Origin: Candidatus Nealsonbacteria bacterium DGGOD1a
GTDB taxonomy: Bacteria; Patescibacteriota; Minisyncoccia; Minisyncoccales; UBA5738
Reading direction: 5' to 3'
DNA: 64,000 nt
NCBI GenBank assembly: GCA_022530585.1
Contig: CP092821.1
Span: 649,525-713,524 of the forward strand
The notes below the pieces were generated by a model. The model did no database searches and was not told the origin of the DNA. It worked only from the letters and a program-made list of their open reading frames with translations. The position numbers were made by a program, and so were the translations under genes. This document shows positions 54,601 to 61,618 of this stretch, in pieces. Position 1 is the stretch's first letter. Each line of letters begins with the position of its first letter.

Positions 54601-55903
54601 AAATCGGAGAAATTATCGAAATCGCGATGAAACCGACCAACACGCCCATAAAAATCATCAGCGCCGGCTCAATGCTCGAAGCGAGATTTTTGGTGGAATT
54701 GTTCATTTCATCTTCATACATTTCCGACAAATACATCAAGCTCGATCCCAAATTGCCGGTCATCTCGCCCACTCCCACCATCTGCGACACAAGCGGCGGG
54801 AAAAGCAATTTATCCTTTTCCATATTTTCGGCCGCCGAACCGCCGCCAACGACACCCTCGGCAATCTTCTTAAACGCTTCCTTGTAAGCCAAGTTTCCCG
54901 CGGTATCGCCTACAATCTTCAACGCTTGGACGATACCGATTTCGCTTTTCAAAAGCAGGCTGAAAGTGCGGGTGAAATTGGCGATAAAATAACCGCGGAA
55001 CATCTTTCCCAACAAAGGGACGCGCAAGATCATCCGATCGGCGGCGCGGCGCGGCGCTTCCTTGCGCAACAATAAAACGCATATCCCCGCGAAGAAAAAA
55101 ATCCCGGCCAGATAATACGGCCAATAAGCTTGGACGGCGCCGGATACGGCAACAATCATCTTGGTCGTCCAAGGAAGCTCGGCTTTGAAGCTGGAAAATA
55201 TGGGCAGGATTTTAGGAAAAACATAAACAATCAGCATAATCACGATAGCGATTGTCGCCGCCGCGATAAAGGCCGGATAGATTAACGCGGCGATGATGGC
55301 GCGGCGCAGTTCCTGTTTCTTATTGAGCTCGGCGGCAAGATAATCAAGATTTTGCGCCAATGTGCCGCTTGTTTCTCCCACCAGCACGATGTTGATGCCA
55401 AAGTTCCCGAAAACATTTCTGTATTTTTCCATCGCTCTTGCCAGCGGCTGTCCCTTTTCCACGCACTCGCGCAAATGGCCGATGATTTTTTTTGATTCCT
55501 CGGAAACCGCCTGTTTTTTAAGAATATCCAGCGCGACAACGATTGAAACACCCGCCTTGGCCATAATCGCCAGCCGCCGGATGAAAACGATCTGCTCGTT
55601 TCCGGCCATTCTCGGCTTGAAACGAAAAAATTCAATCCGGGAAACGGCGCCGGATTCGAGCGTCCCGGATTTATCGGTTCCAATGCCGAAAAAGATCGCG
55701 GCGCGCCATTTCTTAATAGCTGTTTTCAAAACACGGAATCCCGTAAAAATCTTGCGCGAAAAAATCAGAACCGGAACGGCGATTTCTTCTTCGAAAAAAT
55801 TTTTGAATTTACTATTCATAAACGAAGCTTGTGAACAAATCGTCATAAACGATTTATTCATAAACGAAGTTTGTGAACAAATCGTCATAAACGATTTATT
55901 CAT
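54575..55903 (-). CDS. pilC: Type IV pilus platform protein PilC (GspF family)
   Basis: Two GspF repeats (FIRRLAIMAKAGVSIVVAL... and FTRTFSLLLKSEIGIVQAL...) and three TM helices. The true start is uncertain because of the 42-nt tandem repeat. Confidence 0.88.
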   Translation of the reverse strand: MNKSFMTICSQTSFMNKSFMTICSQASFMNSKFKNFFEEEIAVPVLIFSRKIFTGFRVLKTAIKKWRAAIFFGIGTDKSGTLESGAVSRIEFFRFKPRMAGNEQIVFIRRLAIMAKAGVSIVVALDILKKQAVSEESKKIIGHLRECVEKGQPLARAMEKYRNVFGNFGINIVLVGETSGTLAQNLDYLAAELNKKQELRRAIIAALIYPAFIAAATIAIVIMLIVYVFPKILPIFSSFKAELPWTTKMIVAVSGAVQAYWPYYLAGIFFFAGICVLLLRKEAPRRAADRMILRVPLLGKMFRGYFIANFTRTFSLLLKSEIGIVQALKIVGDTAGNLAYKEAFKKIAEGVVGGGSAAENMEKDKLLFPPLVSQMVGVGEMTGNLGSSLMYLSEMYEDEMNNSTKNLASSIEPALMIFMGVLVGFIAISIISPIYGITQSLH

Positions 55904-55906
55904 AAA
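55814..55906. repeat. 42-nt tandem duplication (2.2 copies) at the pilB/pilC junction
   Basis: Units at 55814-55855 and 55856-55897 differ at one base; a partial third unit is at 55898-55906. Encodes MNKSFMTICSQ(T/A)SF twice. Confidence 0.9.
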
Positions 55907-57107
55907 GCATTCTTAAAACTTCACCGATTGTGGTAATACCGTCCCGGGCTTTGGCAAATCCGTCCTCAACGATCGTTTTCATTCCCTCGGCAATCGCGAT
56001 CCGCCGAACTTCTCCGGCGGACGCTTTCCGCAAAACCGCTTCGCGAATGGGACCGTCGGGAACCAAAACTTCCTGAATTCCCACGCGGCCGCGGTAACCG
56101 GTATTGCCGCACTCGGCGCATCCCCGGCCAAAATAAAACTCTCTTTGGCTTTCCAGAATTTCGCCAGGCATCACTCCGCTCAAGCTCTTTAACTCCGCGG
56201 AAGTTATGGCGCGCGTTGATTTGCAATTGGAACAAATTTTGCGCGCCAAGCGCTGGCCGATGGCAATGTTGACCGTGGACGCGATCAAATAACTTTCTAT
56301 TCGCATATCCAAAAGGCGCGGCAAAGTGGTGGCCGCGTCGTTGGCGTGCAAAGTCGAAAGCATCAGGTGGCCGGTGAGCGCGGCGTTCACGGCGATACCC
56401 GCGGTTTCCGGATCGCGGATCTCGCCCACCATAATTATGTTGGGATCTTGGCGCAAAATACTGCGCAAACCGCCGGCAAACGCCAAACCGGCGCGCGAAT
56501 TCACTTGCATCTGCTGGATACCGTCAATCGCGTATTCCACCGGGTCTTCAATCGTAATAACCGAAACTTGTTCGGTATTCAAAGCTTTTAACAAAGTATA
56601 AAGCGTAGTGGTTTTGCCGCTGCCGGTCGGACCGGTGGCCAGGATCATCCCATAAGGTTTGCGGACGGCGATTCTGATTTTTTCGGCGTTCTCCGGAGAA
56701 AATCCCAAACTCTCCAGCGTGAAAGCTTCGGCATTGTCGGAAAGCAGGCGCAAAACGCTGTTCTCGCCATGATAAGTCGGCGCCACCGAAACGCGAATAT
56801 CCAGCGGCCGGCCGCCGATCATCATCCGAAAACGGCCATCCTGCGGCGCCTGATGTTCATCCGTGCGCAAACCGGATAAAATTTTGATGCGGCTGATGAT
56901 TTCGGGCAACAAACGAATCGGCAGATTATGAAATTCTTTAAGCGCTCCATCAACGCGGTACCGCACGCGAATGGTTTCGTTCTGCGGATCAATATGAATA
57001 TCCGAAGCCTGCAAGGATTGAGCCTCTTCAATCATAAAATCCACCAGTTTGATCACCGAAGCCAACCGGCCTTTGACGAGTTCTTGTTGTATTATATTTC
57101 CCCCCAT
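55896..57107 (-). CDS. pilB: Type IV pilus assembly ATPase PilB (GspE family, short N-terminus)
   Basis: Walker A GPTGSGKTTT, Asp box, Walker B and a tetracysteine motif (CSNC...CAEC). Confidence 0.92.
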   Translation of the reverse strand: MGGNIIQQELVKGRLASVIKLVDFMIEEAQSLQASDIHIDPQNETIRVRYRVDGALKEFHNLPIRLLPEIISRIKILSGLRTDEHQAPQDGRFRMMIGGRPLDIRVSVAPTYHGENSVLRLLSDNAEAFTLESLGFSPENAEKIRIAVRKPYGMILATGPTGSGKTTTLYTLLKALNTEQVSVITIEDPVEYAIDGIQQMQVNSRAGLAFAGGLRSILRQDPNIIMVGEIRDPETAGIAVNAALTGHLMLSTLHANDAATTLPRLLDMRIESYLIASTVNIAIGQRLARKICSNCKSTRAITSAELKSLSGVMPGEILESQREFYFGRGCAECGNTGYRGRVGIQEVLVPDGPIREAVLRKASAGEVRRIAIAEGMKTIVEDGFAKARDGITTIGEVLRMLYE

Positions 57108-57205
57108 AGTTTCGCCGGTTCTCGATCAAAAGACAAACCCTGGCGGCAAACAACGCTCATTTAACAACAATATCCCATTTTAACAAAAAATATACCGACA
57201 ATAAA

Positions 57206-57365
57206 GGGTCTGTTGCCGAATTGGCTTCAACTGCAATTTCCATTTTTCGGCGGCAAAGAATTCATCATTCGCCGCCGGATTTAGCTTAAATATGCCTCCT
57301 CATTCTTCATTCTTTTCGCTCGAAATCTGAAAATTTCGTTCTGAAGCCAATTCGGCAACAGACCC
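57206..57365. mobile_element. Family B MITE, copy b (160 bp, perfect 24-bp TIR)
   Basis: GGGTCTGTTGCCGAATTGGCTTCA ... TGAAGCCAATTCGGCAACAGACCC, flanked by TAAA on both sides. Confidence 0.85.
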
Positions 57366-57432
57366 TAAATACCGGTTTGGAAAACTTCCTTAAGCAAAAC
57401 CTGCCATCGCGTAAAGCTATGGCAGGCAAATG

Positions 57433-57507
57433 CGGGCCAGACGGGATTTGAACCCGTAATCTCCTCCGTGACAGGGAGGCGTGATAACCAGGTTACACTA
57501 CTAGCCC
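57433..57507 (-). tRNA. tRNA-Asp (anticodon GUC)
   Basis: Reverse complement has anticodon arm CCTCC-CTGTCAC-GGAGG, T-arm CGGGTTCAAATCCCG and acceptor GGGCTAG/CTGGCCC. Confidence 0.88.
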
Positions 57508-57605
57508 ATTCGATAACAATCTATTCTTTATCATGAATCGCGAATATATTCAACAAAAATATAATTCCCGCCGAACGGGAAAAACACGGATAACTTTCGC
57601 CTTTG

Positions 57606-57677
57606 TGCCGACGGCTGGATTCGAACCAGCGACCTCGGCCTTATGAAGACCTCGCTCTGCCACTGAGCTACGCCGGC
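57606..57677 (-). tRNA. tRNA-Met, elongator type (anticodon CAU; an Ile2/lysidine type cannot be excluded)
   Basis: GCCGGCGTAGCTCAGTGGCAGAGC...TTCATAA...GCTGGTTCGAATCCAGCCGTCGGCA, with a G1-C72 pair. Confidence 0.8.
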
Positions 57678-57699
57678 TTCAATTTTTCAGCGATGTTTG

Positions 57700-57770
57700 T
57701 CGCGGGGCCTGGAATTGCACCAGGGCCTCCAGCTTATGAGACTGGTGAGATACTACTTCTCTACCCCGCA
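57700..57770 (-). tRNA. tRNA with CAU anticodon, atypical (U1-G72, T-loop UGCAAUU)
   Basis: TGCGGGGTAGAGAAGTAGTATCTCACCAGTCTCATAAGCTGGAGGCCCTGGTGCAATTCCAGGCCCCGCGA folds as a cloverleaf. Identity (initiator, Ile2 or Met) is unresolved. Confidence 0.6.
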
Positions 57771-57851
57771 ATATCGGCGCGCAAAAAAACAAACCGCCAA
57801 TACCAGTTGATTTTACCTTAAATTCCGTTTTCAGTCAACTACTCAAATAGC

Positions 57852-58020
57852 AACCCCTCACCGGGGAGCAAATTTGTTGAGGTTAGTCTCGAGAATTTGC
57901 ATTTTGAGGTCAATCCTCAACGAATTTGCGGTAAGGGCCGGCGCGAATTTGAAGGTCAAACCTCTCGCAAGCCGAGGATTGACCTCCAAATTCGCTATTT
58001 TTGCTCCCCGGTGAGGGGTT
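57852..58020. mobile_element. Family D composite palindromic element with a perfect 21-bp TIR
   Basis: AACCCCTCACCGGGGAGCAAA (57852-57872) and TTTGCTCCCCGGTGAGGGGTT (58000-58020). The interior holds GAGGTCAATCCTC / GAGGATTGACCTC hairpins. Confidence 0.75.
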
Positions 58021-58063
58021 ACCTCAAATAACACCGCTCAAACGGCGCGGCGGCCGGCGGCGG

Positions 58064-58585
58064 CTATTTATCCCTGAACGCCGCCATATCTTTCAAGGCC
58101 TGCTCAAACGAAAGGAACGCGATTTTGGCCGTCGGATAATCCAGCTTGATGTTTTTGTCGGCAACGATCTTTCGATAGAGTCCGTCGGCTTCCTTTATCG
58201 CGTCAATATCGGAAAACCTTTCGGGATCGGCGTTTTCCAATTTTTCGGCCAAATTCGCGCCCGCGAAAGCCGCCCGGTTCATAACATCGTTCACCAGAAG
58301 ATCGGCTTCAATGATCGCCAATTTAAATTCGTATTCGTTTTTTGTTATAAGCCGCTTTTTTATCTTGATCCAATCGTGATCGATAAGCCGCGAAGTATAG
58401 GCGCGATAAGTGAAGAATTCCACCAGATCAATGATGAAAAGCCGCCTTAAATAAATCGTGGTCGTCCAAACATAAATCATGAACGCGAGCACGCCCATGT
58501 TGAAAAGGATGAAAAAAATCTTGGCAACCAAAAGCCATCCGGTCACGGGAGGAAATAAAACTGTTTCCAAGTCGCTAAAAACCAT
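58064..58585 (-). CDS. Hypothetical membrane protein (173 aa)
   Basis: ORF track. Two N-terminal TM helices and a helical soluble C-terminus. Confidence 0.55.
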   Translation of the reverse strand: MVFSDLETVLFPPVTGWLLVAKIFFILFNMGVLAFMIYVWTTTIYLRRLFIIDLVEFFTYRAYTSRLIDHDWIKIKKRLITKNEYEFKLAIIEADLLVNDVMNRAAFAGANLAEKLENADPERFSDIDAIKEADGLYRKIVADKNIKLDYPTAKIAFLSFEQALKDMAAFRDK

Positions 58586-58587
58586 TT

Positions 58588-58706
58588 TCAGTTAAAAATG
58601 TAAAAACAAAGATCAAAATGACAGTTAAAAATGTAAAATGTCGGAATTTAGACATTTTTAAACTTTACATTGTCATTTTTCATTTTGATTTTTAAATTTT
58701 AAATTA
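58588..58706. repeat. Family C AT-rich palindromic element
   Basis: AAAAATGTAAAAACAAAGATCAAAATGACAGTTAAAAATG ... CATTGTCATTTTTCATTTTGATTTTTAAATTTTAAATT. Abuts the ATG at 58585. Confidence 0.8.
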
Positions 58707-58721
58707 TTGCCGCCGCGTAAA

Positions 58722-60146
58722 TCATATATGCCGGAACATTGATTTGCCTATTTCAAAGATTGTCGGCTCGTCAAAGTGTTTGCCGATGATCTGCAAGCCC
58801 GCCGGTAAATCGCCGATCCGGCCGCACGGAATCGCCAGCGAAGGCACCCCGGCCAAATTTATCGAAACAGTGAAGATATCCTGCAAATACATTGTCAGCG
58901 GATCGTTAATGTTTTCACCGATTTTAAACGGCAATGTGGGCGATACCGGCGCCACGATCGCGTCAACCTCCAAAAACGCTTTGTCGAAATCTTGTTTGAT
59001 GAGCGTCCTTACTTTTTGCGCGCGCACATAGTAAGCATCGTAATAACCCGCCGATAGAACATAGGTTCCCAGCATTACGCGGCGGCGCACTTCCGGCCCG
59101 AACCCCTGTCCGCGGCTCTCCAGATAAATATCGTTGATGTTTTTCGCTTTTTGCGCCGAATAGCCATAGCGAATGCCATCGAATTTCGCCAAATTGGCGC
59201 TGGCTTCCGAAGTCGCGATGATATAATAACAAGCCAGGGCGTATTCGGCGTGCGGCAAGCTGATTTCGACAATCTCGTTGCCAAGCTTTTGATATTCGTC
59301 CAATTTTGCCCGGATTGCCGCTTCAACCTGCGGATCGATGCCTTTAATAAAATATTCCTTGGGAACGCCCACCCGGTATTTCTGTTTTTTCTCCGGATCT
59401 AACTGAAAATCAACCGCCGTGCCATCCATCGGATCCGCGCCGCGGATCGCCTCAAAAACCGTTTGGGCGTCTTCGACATTTTTAGCCAAAGGCCCGATCT
59501 GGTCAAGCGACGACGCGTAGGCCGCGCAACCGTAACGCGACACCGCGCCGTAAGTGGGTTTCAAACCCGCCACGCCGCAAAAACACGCGGGCTGGCGGAT
59601 GGAACCGCCGGTATCCGAACCCAGCGCCGCCACGCATTGGCGAGCCGCCACCGCGGCCGCCGAACCGCCCGACGAACCTCCGGGAACGCGTTCCAAATCG
59701 CGCGGATTGCGCGTCGCGCCAAAAGCCGAAGTTTCGGTGGAACTGCCCATGGCAAACTCATCCATATTGGTCTTGCCTAAAATCACCGCGCCCCGTTCTT
59801 TTAATTTCTTAATGACCGTGGCGTCATACGGCGCGATATAATTTTCCAAAATTTTCGATCCCGATGTGCATTGCAAACCGTCAACCATTATATTGTCTTT
59901 GATCGCCATCGGAATTCCGGCCAGCGTCGGCAAATCATCGCCATCTTTTATTTTTTGATCGATTATTCTCGCTTGCGCCAGCGCGTATTCCCGCGCGATA
60001 TTCAAAAATGCGAAAATCCCCTCATTGGCCTTCTCGGCCCGGGATAAATGAGCTTCGGTCAGTTGAACCGCGGAAAAATTTTTCGCCGCCAATCCTTCAT
60101 GGGCTTCATTGATGGTTAAATCGGTTAACTCTTTTATTGATTCCAT
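58722..60146 (-). CDS. gatA: Glu/Asp-tRNA amidotransferase subunit A
   Basis: Amidase signature GGSSGGSAAAVA. Start set at ATG 60146 (MESIKELTDL); the track ORF extends to 60185. Confidence 0.94.
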   Translation of the reverse strand: MESIKELTDLTINEAHEGLAAKNFSAVQLTEAHLSRAEKANEGIFAFLNIAREYALAQARIIDQKIKDGDDLPTLAGIPMAIKDNIMVDGLQCTSGSKILENYIAPYDATVIKKLKERGAVILGKTNMDEFAMGSSTETSAFGATRNPRDLERVPGGSSGGSAAAVAARQCVAALGSDTGGSIRQPACFCGVAGLKPTYGAVSRYGCAAYASSLDQIGPLAKNVEDAQTVFEAIRGADPMDGTAVDFQLDPEKKQKYRVGVPKEYFIKGIDPQVEAAIRAKLDEYQKLGNEIVEISLPHAEYALACYYIIATSEASANLAKFDGIRYGYSAQKAKNINDIYLESRGQGFGPEVRRRVMLGTYVLSAGYYDAYYVRAQKVRTLIKQDFDKAFLEVDAIVAPVSPTLPFKIGENINDPLTMYLQDIFTVSINLAGVPSLAIPCGRIGDLPAGLQIIGKHFDEPTIFEIGKSMFRHI

Positions 60147-60165
60147 AATAGTTCCATTATACGCG

Positions 60166-60468
60166 CTAATCCGCTTTCGTTTCAAAAATTGACCTTACCT
60201 TGAGATAACCGTCTTTTGTTTGCGGCATCTGCGACCTCAATTTTCCCAACTCTTCTTTCGTTCTTTCAATCTTCGCGTCCGGACGCAAAACATTGGCCAC
60301 CTCGATCGAATGAGTAAACGGCGCCACACCCTCGATATCCACTTCCTTCAGTTTATCGATGTAGCCCAAAATATCCGAAAGATCCTTTTGGTATTTAACT
60401 ATCTCCTCCTCGCTCAATCCCAGCCGCGCGAGCTTGGCGATATGTTGCGTTTCTTGTTTGGATAACAT
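60166..60468 (-). CDS. gatC: Glu/Asp-tRNA amidotransferase subunit C
   Basis: IAKLARLGLSEEE...DILGYIDKL pattern. Length 100 aa. Directly upstream of gatA. Confidence 0.9.
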   Translation of the reverse strand: MLSKQETQHIAKLARLGLSEEEIVKYQKDLSDILGYIDKLKEVDIEGVAPFTHSIEVANVLRPDAKIERTKEELGKLRSQMPQTKDGYLKVRSIFETKAD

Positions 60469-60609
60469 ATGAGTGCAATTTTGATTACAAAATTAATTTT
60501 CAATTTCCAATTACCAATTTTCAATAAATATCCAATTTCTCAATATTCAAACAAAAATCAATACTTAATAATACCCCAAATCCCGCCCCTTGTTAATCTT
60601 GACAAATGC

Positions 60610-60768
60610 CTACAAAACAGACCCAGCGCGCTTGCTTTGCCTTTGAATTTCCATTTTTTTCCAAAAAGCAACGCTCTTTTTCAGCCAAATCATTCTTTGG
60701 AGCGGCGTGGTGTTTTTGACGATATGCATCAAATGCTCATCAACCATTTCTCTTTTTTTGTTTGCCAT
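60610..60768 (-). CDS. Possible 52-aa protein translationally coupled to hicA
   Basis: The ATG at 60768 lies 1 nt after the hicA stop (60770-60772). Product MANKKREMVDEHLMHIVKNTTPLQRMIWLKKSVAFWKKMEIQRQSKRAGSVL. Below the ORF-track cutoff. Confidence 0.3.
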   Translation of the reverse strand: MANKKREMVDEHLMHIVKNTTPLQRMIWLKKSVAFWKKMEIQRQSKRAGSVL

Positions 60769-60769
60769 T

Positions 60770-60991
60770 TTATTTTTCAAGCAAATTGATCATATCCATA
60801 AAACTCAAATTTGCTTCGCGCAAAATCATTTTCAAAAGCGATCGATCAAGCAAACGATAATTAGGAACGGTTATCGGCGGCTTCCCCTCACACGCTAATC
60901 GAATATGGCTTCCCCTCTGCCTCATCGGAGAATAACCGATTTTGCCCAACGCCTTAATTAATTCCTGGCTCGAAATTAATGGCAAGCGCAT
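60770..60991 (-). CDS. hicA: HicA-family mRNA interferase toxin
   Basis: ISSQELIKALGKIGYSPMRQRGSHIRL is a typical HicA/YcfA motif. Length 73 aa. Confidence 0.85.
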   Translation of the reverse strand: MRLPLISSQELIKALGKIGYSPMRQRGSHIRLACEGKPPITVPNYRLLDRSLLKMILREANLSFMDMINLLEK

Positions 60992-60996
60992 ATTTT

Positions 60997-61266
60997 TTAC
61001 AAAGTTATCGTTTCCAATCTCATTTCATTCCGCGCGTACGCATCCAATCTATCACGATTTTCTTTCTCTTCCAAAACCAACTCAATCGCCTCGCGGATAT
61101 TCGCCATTGCCTCTTCAATGGTTTTGCCTTGGGTGTAACAACCCGAAAAAATCGGACAAACAACCACAAAAAAGCCATCTTGACCCTTTTCCACCAATAA
61201 AGGAATTTTATTCCCCTGATATTTTTGATAAATATTCACCTTTTTCATAATCAAACTATAACCCAA
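60997..61266 (-). CDS. hicB: HicB-family antitoxin
   Basis: FFVVVCPIFSGCYTQGKTIEEAMANIREAIELVLEE is a typical HicB N-domain. Lies 5 nt upstream of hicA. Confidence 0.85.
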   Translation of the reverse strand: MGYSLIMKKVNIYQKYQGNKIPLLVEKGQDGFFVVVCPIFSGCYTQGKTIEEAMANIREAIELVLEEKENRDRLDAYARNEMRLETITL

Positions 61267-61285
61267 ATTTCCTTCCTTGTTAATC

Positions 61286-61314
61286 TTGACAAAATCAATT
61301 ATTTATGCTATCAT
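61286..61314 (+). promoter_or_regulatory. Candidate promoter giving a leaderless mRNA for the zinc-finger mini-protein
   Basis: TTGACA (61286-61291), 17-nt spacer, TATCAT (61309-61314). The ATG at 61321 is 7 nt after the -10. Confidence 0.5.
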
Positions 61315-61320
61315 CAAAAC

Positions 61321-61482
61321 ATGGAAAAATGCCCTTATTGTAGCGGGAAGGGGTATGTTAAATACCCCGTAAGTCAGAGCCACGATGTAACCCACCCCTG
61401 CTCCGGTTGCAGGGGAAGCGGAAAACTTGGATCGCAAGGTAATTGCGACCCAAGCAATGAAAAAGTGGATTATGTTTATTAA
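61321..61482 (+). CDS. DnaJ-type zinc-finger mini-protein (53 aa, two CxxCxGxG motifs)
   Basis: MEKCPYCSGKGYV...HPCSGCRGSGKLG. Has its own promoter and an intrinsic terminator. The track ORF (61225..) has an unlikely upstream start. Confidence 0.6.
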   Translation: MEKCPYCSGKGYVKYPVSQSHDVTHPCSGCRGSGKLGSQGNCDPSNEKVDYVY

Positions 61483-61508
61483 AATTTTTCCTTTTCTTTT
61501 TACAACGC

Positions 61509-61532
61509 CGCCCCGCTTTCGCGGGGCGTTTT
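61509..61532 (+). terminator. Intrinsic terminator
   Basis: CGCCCCGC-TTTC-GCGGGGCG followed by TTTT. Confidence 0.85.
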
Positions 61533-61557
61533 GATACAAATTCAAATGCAGTTTGCC

Positions 61558-61595
61558 GAGGTCGCACCTCGGCGAGTACGCCGAGGAACGACCTC
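61558..61595. repeat. Family D-like hairpin with a symmetric internal loop
   Basis: GAGGT-CGCA-CCTCGGC-GAGTAC-GCCGAGG-AACG-ACCTC. Confidence 0.7.
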
Positions 61596-61618
61596 AAATA
61601 CAAATACGAATGCAAAAA

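Noticed and set aside
58001-58450. 149-aa plus-strand ORF
   Set aside because: It starts inside the family D inverted repeat and is antisense to the more plausible membrane-protein ORF at 58064-58585. It has an Arg/Gly-rich shadow-ORF composition.
21291-58706. Whether the many recurring hairpin repeats represent a CRISPR array
   Set aside because: Copies are dispersed tens of kb apart. They are not separated by uniform-length unique spacers, no cas genes are present, and repeat lengths (57-170 nt) are wrong for CRISPR.
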